DNA of 64,000 nucleotides, taken from the NCBI GenBank assembly GCA_035084275.1, contig CM068775.1:682001-746000 (forward strand), written 5' to 3'. This document shows positions 13,701 to 22,949 of the stretch, one piece after another (the first letter of the stretch is position 1; each line of letters starts with the position of its first letter). The position numbers were made by a program, and so were the translations under genes. Origin of the DNA: Hydrolagus colliei. Lineage: Eukaryota. Below the pieces are notes generated by a model. That model saw only the letters and a list, made by a program, of their open reading frames with translations, made no database searches and was not told where the DNA came from.

Positions 13701-14793
13701 GAAGTTGCTTAGTGACATCCACCTGGACCACGAATGGGGCTGCGGAGAGAACTTTTCCTACCTCATTCGGTCTGATGGCCCACAAACATGTAGGTACTTG
13801 GTCGAATATAATCCTGGTTACATCGTCGGAGGCCAATTGGTGTCGTTCAAAAATGCCAGTCATAGTTGTAAAAGCTAACGTAAGACAAAATTCATTATTT
13901 GGAAAAACAAAAACCTGACCTAAACAGGTAGGGATAGTTTGCAAAGGCTGTTGCTGTTGAAGTCGGAAAACCATAGACCCTAAGTCTTTTGGCACATACC
14001 CATCATTTACATAGAGAGTACAGTGAGAAACATTAGGGGTGGTTGCTTTGTTTCCAGCAACTGCTGCTGGCGAAAGATCCACATATAAAGCAATCCCTTC
14101 AAGTCCATAGTATATCGTATTTGTGGACATACAAAATGACTGTCCCAATTCACCAGTGTGCTGTTGTGCATAATCAGTGTCGTTTCCTTCTTTATCAAAA
14201 TAAGCCGTACAATGGAGATGAGAATGCCATTTATAAGGTTGAAAAGAAGGCAATAGTAAATAAGGCATTAATGCTGGTAAGTGTATTAAAGTTTGTACTA
14301 TATGTAAAAGCTCCGAAGATAACATTGGACTAACAATCTTCCACCACCAAACAATTGGACCTGACAAATCTTGAGCTTCTTGAAGTAAAGCACAAACATA
14401 GCCATATTGTTGTTCAGGAACTTGCAAACTCACACCATCATCAGTACAAACTAAAGTGCATCCAAGTTTACACAGTAAATCTCGTCCGAGTAAATTACAA
14501 GGAACACTTTCTGCGAGTAAAAATTGATGTTCCCCAGTCCACCCATGGATGCTGTACAACATATTTTCAGAAAAAGGGATAGAAATAGGCTGTCCAGTAA
14601 GACCCACTACATTAATTGTATTACCCGTTGCTTTAATACCAGGTAAAGTGGAAGGTTTTAGGGTAGAATGTGTCGCTCCTGTATCAATAAGGAACGGAAG
14701 GGAGAGACCATTAACCATCACAGAACAAAAAGGCTCATTAGAAAAATTGTCATCATCTCTCTGTGGTAATATACCGTCCGGGTTGTGGCACAG
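10713..14793 (-). pseudogene. pol: ERV pro-pol (PR, 2H-like insert, RT, RNase H, IN); open through RT, then four frameshifts (~12290, ~11700, ~11340, ~10930)
   Basis: PR FLIDTGA/NLLGRDLL; RT LPQGYTESP, QYVDDLLL; RNase H FTDGS, SAQAAEL, IYTDSRY; IN HHCC, LQMDF, SDNGPHF, VERHNG; C-terminal WEGPYLVLLTT..WIHATHVK. Confidence 0.95.
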
Positions 14794-15800
14794 TCATTGA
14801 CAATTATTCTTAGGAGGCGAATTGGGGAATGGGGCATTCATAGTAAAAGATGCCCAATTTCCCTGAGGGGTCGCATCAGATGGAGGTGGGGGTTGCATTT
14901 GATATCCTCCACTGTGCCCCTGCTGTCCTCCAACAGTACTTGGGGGGCATTCTTTAGCCCAATGTCCAGGTTGTTGGCATATATAACATAAACCAGGTTT
15001 AGAATTATTATTTCCCCAATTGTTTCCCCAGCCACGACCACGACCTCGTCCACGTCCCCGGCCGCGTCCCCTATCCTGACCCTGATAATTGTTGTAAGGG
15101 TTAGGGTTTGGATGGCCAAAAGGAGCATACTGGATCAGGACGCGTTCGGGCTTATCTTTGAATTTTTGCTGAATTTGACGTTGACAATGCTGCAGAACGT
15201 TAACAGCTTCATTCATAGACTTAGTCTCATATCCTATACAAGCAGGACAAAACATTTTCCTAATACCAGGTTGCAACCCGTTCACAATAGCACTAATCAA
15301 AGCAGGTAATCCAGCTTCTAGATTAATTCCCGAATACTTTTCAAACACATTCCGAAGACGCTCAACATAATCACCAACATCCTCATCTGATTTTTGTACA
15401 GTACAATGGATTTTACCCCAATTGACATTTTTAGGAAATTGCCCACGCAGCGCTTCGCTAATTCTAACCCACAGTTGTTTCATGTGCTCTTCATTTGAAT
15501 TATCCTGATCTAATGTCCAATCACAATTATTTTTAACCTTTTTCCATCTATGATTACCTAAACAAGCATCCAACATTGCTTATTTTTTCTAATCGCTACA
15601 CGTTTCCTTAGGACGTCTCCTAAGGCTGTGATACGATCTAAATTCCATGAACCATCTCTTGGGAAACTATTTCTCTCACACCGTGACCATTTTTCCCATT
15701 TCTTCACATACTGTATACCAGCAGAACCATAATGTACATACACATATGCACATGGAGTCCTTTTATTGGGAACCAAATCTTTACTATTACTTTTACCCAT
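14794..15800 (-). pseudogene. gag: ERV gag (MA, partial CA, NC), frameshift and probable deletion near 15570
   Basis: MGKSNSK myristoylation-type start; MHR-like QKSDEDVGDYVERL; zinc knuckle CYICQQPGHWAKEC; RG repeats; ends with TGA in frame with pol. Confidence 0.9.
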
Positions 15801-16052
15801 GTTTTACTGTAGCCAATCAAGACTTCCCGGGAAGAACAATTTTGATAATGCTAAATTTTCTTATGTCCAATCAACTGCTCAATTGTCAAACAAATATATC
15901 TTCTGGTTAATTTACCAAAAGTATTTCCAATTAACACACCAAAACAATACAAGACAAACAAACAATAAACAAGGATTTCGCGAACAAACCTTCAATATAC
16001 TATTAAACCCATAGATTGCAATCATCAACAATATATATATATATATCATAAA

Positions 16053-16197
16053 GACTGGTTACTTTATGATCGTAGGGCCTGGTTACCCTACGGAATCAGG
16101 GACTGGTTACCCCAATCCTGAATCAGGGACTGGTTACCCCAATTCTGAGTGTGGACTGGTTACCTCACTCTGAGTGTGGACTGGTTACCTCACTCTC
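16053..16197 (-). repeat. Tandem array of six CTGGTTAC-core units (24-27 nt spacing) in the ERV 5' leader
   Basis: Cores at about 16055, 16079, 16103, 16130, 16156 and 16181. Confidence 0.85.
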
Positions 16198-16322
16198 CTT
16201 ATACGTATAACAGTAAAAACACTTTGTCTATTCAACACTGATGACGTATCCACCCATTCACACACTACACAGGAGACAGACTGGTAGGAGTTGAGAGAAA
16301 ACTCTGAATCAACTCGCAATCT

Positions 16323-16330
16323 ACTCACCC
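16323..16330 (-). promoter_or_regulatory. Probable ERV major splice donor (GG|GTGAGT)
   Basis: Consensus donor about 35 nt downstream of the PBS on the minus strand. Confidence 0.6.
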
Positions 16331-16363
16331 TCTCGTGTAGGCAGAATTCAGGCAGAGTTAGTC

Positions 16364-16381
16364 ATCTCGGTGGAACCTCCA
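16364..16381 (-). promoter_or_regulatory. Primer-binding site, tRNA-Gln
   Basis: Minus strand TGGAGGTTCCACCGAGAT is complementary to the 3' 18 nt (ATCTCGGTGGAACCTCCA) of vertebrate tRNA-Gln as recalled. Confidence 0.9.
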
Positions 16382-16389
16382 AAAAGTAC

Positions 16390-16991
16390 TGTCGTGGAAT
16401 AACTCACAAAGAGATCAGGTTATTCATGTAAAGCACAAACAGTCATTTAATATATACTAACGGCCGAAAGGAGAAATACCCTCACAGGTCAGATACCCGA
16501 GTTGGTACTTCTAAAGAACTAACAGAAATACAACGGTTTATATCTTATTCGTTTGCACACCGCATGACAGTAGTATAAGCTCCGTTAACCAATTACAGCA
16601 ACCCACCTAATCAATAAAAGTGAATGTGGGAAGAGAGTTGAACTCTATTTACACTAGCCATGGGGTGCAATAAGGGCAGCATCTATTAAAACAAAACTAG
16701 ACAACCACAAGTTGCTAATTGATAGATTACCATTTTCAAAGAAAGAAGTAAATCGTCTTTAATGATCAGGAAGCAATTGATCATCTAAAGAATAACAAGC
16801 AGGGAATGTCTAATTTACTCAAACACAAGCCTTTCTCCCTTCTTGGTCTGGACTATGTCATACAACTGACATTTGCTGATACCCCTATTGACCTCTGGAA
16901 TTTCTAAGGGAGACTAAGAAACAGCTAACAATGTCCAGGGGAAGCTAAGAAACAGCTAACATGGTTGCCAATGTTTAACATGGTTTCCACA
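16390..16991 (-). repeat. ERV 5' LTR
   Basis: 602 bp; 5 substitutions relative to the 3' LTR and no indels by eye; TATAAA at 16537-16542. Confidence 0.96.
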
Positions 16992-17489
16992 ATAGTCTCA
17001 AAATTCTTTTCAAACAGAGTTGAGGAAACATTTCTTCACTCACATTTTTTGTGCAGTTACACCCCCACCAAGGTCCACGACCACATCACTCCCACTCTCC
17101 CTCGGCTTCATTGGATCCCCATCTGCCTGAGGATCAAATTCAAGATCCTCGTCCTCACTTTCAAGGCCATTCGTGGTCTTAGAATCATAGAATCTTATGG
17201 CACAAAAGGAGGCCATTTGGCCATCGAGTCTGTGGTGGGTCTTTAAAAAGAGCAATTTAATCCCACTCCCCAGCTCTCTTACCATAATCTCGCAAACTCG
17301 TCTTCCCCAAATAAACGTCTATCTTTCTTTTAAAACTGGTTATCAAATTGGCCTTCACCACCTCTTCAAGGAATACATTCCAGATTGGAACAACGTACTG
17401 AGGGGAAAAAATTCTCCTCATCTCCCCTCTGCTTCTTTTTGAAACTATTTTAAATCTGTGACCAAGAGTCAATGATACACCCACCAGTG

Positions 17490-17770
17490 CTAACCAATGC
17501 AAGACTACAGTCATTGCAGAGTATCCAGTCCCATCCAACATCACTGAGCTCCAGAGATTCATGGGAATGGTCAACCAACTTGGGAAGTTTGTCCCTGGGT
17601 TGGCAGAGATCAACGAGCCATTACGCCAGCTGCTACAGAAAGAGACAGCTTGGTCTTGGGGTAACACACAGCAGAGTTCATTTCAAATCGTGAAAGATTT
17701 GCTAATTTCATCTGCAGTTCTCGCTCAGTACGACCCGAAACGTCCAACCTTCATTGCCACTGAGGCCAGT
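17490..17770 (+). mobile_element. Ty3/Gypsy pol fragment (RT connection and RNase H start)
   Basis: FMGMVNQLGKFVPGLAEINEPLRQLLQKETAWSWGNTQQSSFQIVKDLLISSAVLAQYDPKRPTFIATEAS. Confidence 0.8.
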
Positions 17771-18099
17771 GGGGGGGCGTTGGGGGTAAGGGAGGCCAGT
17801 GGGGGTGGGGGGGGGAGGGGAGGCCAGTGGGGGGGGGGGGGGAGGGGAGGGGGAGGGGAGGCCAGTGGGGGGGGGGGGGGAGGGGAGGGGTAAGGGAGGC
17901 CAGTGGGGGTGGGGGGGGGGAGGGGAGGCCAGTGGGGGGGGTGGAATCAAACAACAACACCAATCAGCAGATGGACAGGAGGTTGAGTGTTTGCTGACGG
18001 TGAGGTTGACAGTGTTGAAGGCGGCAGGGAGGCCAAACAGGAGAAGTGGGCAGAGAGAGCAGCCATTCCCTGTGTTTGCCTGTGGCTGTCTCTCTGTCT

Positions 18100-18460
18100 C
18101 TGGGCGGCCTGGGAACCACGACATTAGACTGACAGACCTGGATTGCAGGGATGTGAACAATCGGCGCCTCCCCCGTCACCGCGCGGACCCAGTGACGTCA
18201 CACCCACAGCGGTGGCCGTTGGATTGGGCGGGAAATTTCAAAATGGGGTCGCCGCACCCGGACCCACCACCGCCCTGACCCCCCCCGCCCCCCCCCCCCT
18301 GACTCCCCCGCCCCGCCCCCCCCCCCCCCCCCCCCACTGCCCCCCCCCCCCCCTGACCCCCCCCGCCCCGCTCCTCGAGCCGCACCAGCCTCACACCTGC
18401 CGGCGGCTCCAGACACAACAACAAAAACAACCGCGGGAGCAGCGCCGCCATCTTGTGACA
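18100..18460. promoter_or_regulatory. CpG-rich promoter-like island (CRE, CCAAT, E2F/CHR-like, YY1) with a candidate minus-strand leader exon
   Basis: TGACGTCA 18193-18200; ATTGG 18223-18227; GGCGGGAAA 18227-18235; TTCAAA 18237-18242; CGCCATCTT around 18445-18454. Confidence 0.55.
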
Positions 18461-18474
18461 GTCTCCAGATAAAA

Positions 18475-19110
18475 TGGGGGAGAGAGAGTGAGTGTGTGAG
18501 GGAGAGAGAGTGAGTGTGTGAGGGAGTGAGAGAGAGTCAGAGAGAGTGAGTGTGTGTGAGAGAGAGTCAGAGAGAGTGAGTGTGTGAGAGAGAGTGAGTG
18601 TGTGAGAGTGAGTGAGTGTGTGAGAGAGAGTGAGTGTGAGAGAATCAGAGAGAGAGTGTGAGTGTGTGAGAGAGTCAGAGAGAGTGAGTGTGTGAGAGAG
18701 TCAGAGAGAGTGAGTGTGAGAGAGAGTCAGAGAGAGTGAGTGTGAGAGAGAGTCAGAGAGAGTGAGTGTGAGAGAGAGTGAGTGTGTGAGAGAGAGTGAG
18801 TGTGAGAGAATCAGAGAGAGAGAGTGAGTGTGTGAGAGAGAGAGTCAGAGAGAGAGAGTGTGTGTGAGAGAGAGAGTCAGAGAGAGAGTGTGTGAGAGAG
18901 AGAGTCAGAGAGAGAGAGTGTGTGAGAGAGAGAGTCAGAGAGAGAGAGTGTGTGAGAGAGAGAGTCAGAGAGAGAGTGTGTGAGAGAGAGAGTCAGAGAG
19001 AGAGAGTGTGTGAGAGAGAGAGTCAGAGAGAGAGAGTGTGTGAGAGAGAATGTGAGAGAGTGAGACGGAGAGCGAGTGGGAGTGAGAGCGAGAGAGAGGA
19101 GTAGAGTGAG
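18475..19110. repeat. Compound (GA)n/(GT)n/GAGTCA microsatellite
   Basis: Direct reading. Confidence 0.95.
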
Positions 19111-19839
19111 TGTGTGAGAGGGAGAGAGTGTGAAGAGGAGTGAGAGACAGTGAGTGTCTGAAATACAGAAAGAAAGAGGGTGGGGGAGTGTGTGAGAGGG
19201 AGATAGACATTGATTCAATGAGAAATAGAGGGTGAGAGAGTGTAATGACATCCTCCCGAAGTGAAAGGCGCTATATAATTGCAATTTTGTTGTTGTTATC
19301 ATGACAGGTGGAGAGAGTGAGAGAGAGAAAGGGAGAGTGTCTGAGATATGGCGAGTGTGTGAGAAAGGGTTTGAGAGAAGGGAGTGGGAGAAAGCCTTCA
19401 AAGGTTTCACACATCATGTGGGAAGCGCAGGGGATTCCTGGTAATAACTGTCCACCCAGTGAGAATCCTGTAGCTCACTGACTAGATCACTCACCTTGCA
19501 AGAGTGAGACCTAAGTTTCAAATCCAGGCAGGTCAGGGCAAAACCTTGGGCAACTTTCCGTACTCCACACCTGGTGATAATCTGACTCAAAACAATGCTA
19601 TATTAAATTAGCAATAGATCATTTTAAATCCACAACTGTTTGTGGGACGTTGCTGTGCACAATTGGCTGCCGCATTCCACCTACTAATATACAGTCAATT
19701 CACTGGTATGTTTGCCAGCGGAATGCCAGTGATCTCTATTGATCTGTAGTTCGGTTCCTGAACCAGGCAGTTCTGTGATATTCCAGGGCACTGCTGATGA
19801 CAGGACAACCCATTGCAAACACAATTTTAACAGTCTGTC

Positions 19840-20600
19840 GGAGATAGGAACATCGAATTTTATAGCACAAAAGGAGGCCATTCAACCCATCGAGTCTGTG
19901 CTGGCTCCTTGAAAAGAGCCGCTCAATCCCACTGCTCAGCTCTCTCCCCATAACCTAACAGACCTGTGCTCCCTAAATAAAGATCTAATTCTCTTTTAAA
20001 AGCTGTTATTAGATCGTCCTGGAATGCATTGCATTCCAGAACAACCCGCTGAGTGAAAGAAACAATTCTAACCCCAATTACCCTCGTCATCCATGGAGGT
20101 TTGGATACCCTACATTTTATCTTTGTTGGAGTGTTTTTGACTTATGCCCTGTGCCCATGGACTTTCAAAAGGAACTATCTTCCTTGAAGACTGCCCACTG
20201 CTCGTTAGATGTTTTACCTGCCAATCGTTCTTTCCAGTCAACCTCGGCTACGTCCCATATTAACTCACTGAAATTAGCCTTCAAGTTAAATGTCTTCACC
20301 TTTGAGCGTTCTTTATCCCTTTCCATAATTGCTCTGAATCTAATGATATTGTGATCGCTATTTCCTAGGTGCTCACCTACAGAAACCTGTTGTACTTGCC
20401 CCATCTCATTCCCCCAAACTAGATCCAGCACTGCATCCTTCCTTAGTGGACTGGAAACATATTGATCAAGAAAGTTATCCTGTACACATTTCACTACTAT
20501 TCTAGCAGTCGATGTTGAGATAATCAAAGTCTCCCATTATCACTACTCTATTGGCTTTGCATCTTTCCGAGATCTGCTTTTCTATTTCCTTATTTCTTAT
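19840..20600 (-). mobile_element. CR1 LINE remnant (endonuclease region and 3' tail)
   Basis: DNFLDQYVSSPLRKDAVLDLVWGNE..LGNSDHNIIRF; CR1 tail at ~19860. Confidence 0.85.
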
Positions 20601-21486
20601 ACAACAGATTATCTTGTATTAGAAGTACAGTTTGGCGGAGGCAAGGGTGGAGCGCAAACTTTTTGTGTGGTCCAACCAGATTCACTGTTTGGCTGTTTGG
20701 CCATGTTTGAGCCAGGTGCATTCGGCTGTGTGCATCTGACCCTTGAGGAGCAGCGGTGGCTTGTGCATTGGGAGGTGATTTGAGAGGTGACGGGGCAAGA
20801 GCATCGATGGCATTGGAGAGAGAAGTATGGAGGAGTTTGAAGAGGAGGTGACAGGGCCATCAGGAACACTGCATAAGGCTGTTTGGGGGCTGGAAGAAAA
20901 AAACATTGGCAGAATCAAATAGAAGACAGAGTGGTAGATGAGATCTGAACAAGTCAAGCACAGAACATGATGCAGTGGTCCACATTATCAAAGATGGCAG
21001 GGAAGTCCAGGAGGATGAGGATTCATTTGAACAGGACAGGACAGGATGTTGTTCTTCACCTTGACGAAAGCCGTTTCCGTGCTGTGAGTAGGGACTCATG
21101 AAGGGAGTAGTAGGGAAGTGTGGGGCAAGTGTGCATTCCTGCTCCAGGAATGGGGCAGGTCAGAGCAGAGTTATTGCAAATTGATCAATCGTACTCTCAC
21201 TGATCACCACTGACCATTGGAGTCTGATTGCATTAGAGCCGCTCATTATTCTCTTCTGCGCTATCTCTCACTGTGTGATGCTGTCTTTTCTCTAGGGGCT
21301 AACCATTGGGGCAGGTTGATACAGAAGCCACTAAACTCCACTTTCTGAGCTGGACACTGGCCGAACAGGAAGCATTTATCTGTACCATCTGCTCTGATAC
21401 TCTGTGTGTGTGGGCACAATCTCATCCCAGTGGAACCCTGGTCTGAGAGAGCAGCAGCTCACTGAGGGAAGCCCCCAGCAATTAGA

Positions 21487-21538
21487 ATGGCCAGTGAGCT
21501 CCTCACAGTTGTCTCTCTGACTCTCTGCCTTTCTGTGG
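21487..21538 (+). CDS. Leader (signal peptide) exon of the IgSF receptor
   Basis: ATG GCC AGT GAG CTC.. gives MASELLTVVSLTLCLSV, then G|GTAAGT (phase 1). Confidence 0.8.
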
Positions 21539-21975
21539 GTAAGTCCCTGTTTGGTTGGTGGGGGGAGGGTTAGTTCCTTTAAACAGGACTTTTCCTGGTT
21601 AATTTTGCCAGGGAGGCAACTGATGTCAGAACTTTTGTGTGTCTGTGTTGATCTTTATTATCCTTCTCTACAGCCTCCCTCCCTTCCTCTCCAATCCTTT
21701 GTCACCTCTCCCTTCTCCTTAAACTCTCTCTAACCCTGTTGTCAATAGCTGATATCTGTTGCCACCACTCTTGACTCTATTACACTTGCCAACGCTGCTC
21801 TACTTAGCCCCACTACAGTGACAACAGGCTGACCATATCTCACTGATTTTGTGACACTCGTATTCTTTTCCATCTCCCAAAATAACGGCTCAGAACGTGG
21901 GATTGCCACTGAATGTGGGAAGTTGTGAGTATATTGATTGGCGCTTTCTCATCCTTTAAACGTTTTCACTTACAG

Positions 21976-22329
21976 GTATAATGGTTCAATCGCCAATCCT
22001 GGTTCAGTCTCCGGAATTTTGTCCAGTCCGAACGAGTCAGATGGTGATTCTACTGTGTAGAGTTGAGAATGGTAAAGTGTCTGACGTGGACTTGGAGTGG
22101 CACATAGGCAATGAAGGTCAAGTCCAATGGGTGTTGCTACAACATTACAGAATGGAAGAAAATTTGATTAACATAATTGATGAATTTTCACAGTGTTTTA
22201 GGGACACCAAAATAAATCTCTTCAGGCTGATACTTAACAAAATTAACACTGGAGACTCTGGCGTCTATTTGTGTTATGATGCAGAACAAATAGCAATGGA
22301 ATCGGGAGTGAGGGCATTGTTGCAGGTAA
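21976..22329 (+). CDS. Ig V-set exon 1 with degenerate J-like end
   Basis: Acceptor ttttcacttacag|; LVQSP..LLC..EW..DSGVYLC..ESGVRALLQV. The donor is ambiguous (after 22325 phase 0, or after 22329 phase 1). Confidence 0.8.
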
Positions 22330-22459
22330 GTGAACGACAGACAGGACCTCAAGCAGTGGCTCTGTGCTGGGAATCCAGGGCATTGAGCCGAGCACCAAGA
22401 GAAGCAGTGAGAAACAGAGTGAGACAGAACCAACGAGAGACAAATCCAGGGAGAGAAGA

Positions 22460-22700
22460 TCAGAGATAGAATCAGATAGAGAAAACCAGAGAGAGTGAGA
22501 GAAAACCAGACAGAGAGAGATAGAGAGAGAAAACCAGACAGAGAGAGATAGAGAGAGAAAACCAGACAGACAGAAAAGAGAAAACCAGACAGAGAGAGAG
22601 AGAAACAGAAAACCAGACAGAAAGAGAGTCAGACATACAGAGAGAAACCAGACAGAGGGAGAGAAAAACCAGACCCAGAGTGAGAGAGAAAGCCAGATGG
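22460..22700. repeat. GAGAGAAAACCAGACA-type minisatellite
   Basis: About 8 imperfect units. Confidence 0.85.
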
Positions 22701-22949
22701 AGAAATAGAGATAGAGAGTCCTGTAGCTTAGTGGTTGGATCACTCGCCTTGCAAGTAAGAGAAACTGGGTTTCATTCCCTCCGATCGAAATGCTGGGCAA
22801 GTTTCCTTACTCCACTGTTTACTTAGTAGGAAATAGAAACACGATTGGTGGTATGTGTATTTGTGTGTATCTGTGTAGTTGTGTGTATGCATCTGTGTAT
22901 AAGTAGGTGTGTGTGCACTCGCATTTGTGTCTGTGTGTGTCACAGACAA

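Larger units (their letters stand above)
8786..16991 (-). mobile_element. Full-structure endogenous retrovirus (class I, epsilon/gamma-like): LTR-gag-pro-pol-env-LTR
   Basis: Two 602-bp LTRs with TGT..ACA ends, 4-bp TSD ATAG (8782-8785 and 16992-16995), PBS, PPT and gag/pol/env homology in canonical order. Flanks rejoin into a CR1-like remnant (..ggagtgATAGtctcaaaat..). Confidence 0.97.

Noticed and set aside
16053-16197. CRISPR-like repeat/spacer appearance
   Set aside because: Units are only 24-27 nt, the spacers are copies of each other, there are no cas genes, and the array sits in a eukaryotic ERV leader.
18475-19410. ORFs of repeated LSHSL / RERV; also 22243-22800
   Set aside because: Translations of microsatellites.
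21170-21190. Ig octamer-like TTGCAAAT upstream of the leader exon
   Set aside because: Mismatch to ATGCAAAT and about 300 bp from the ATG; expected by chance.
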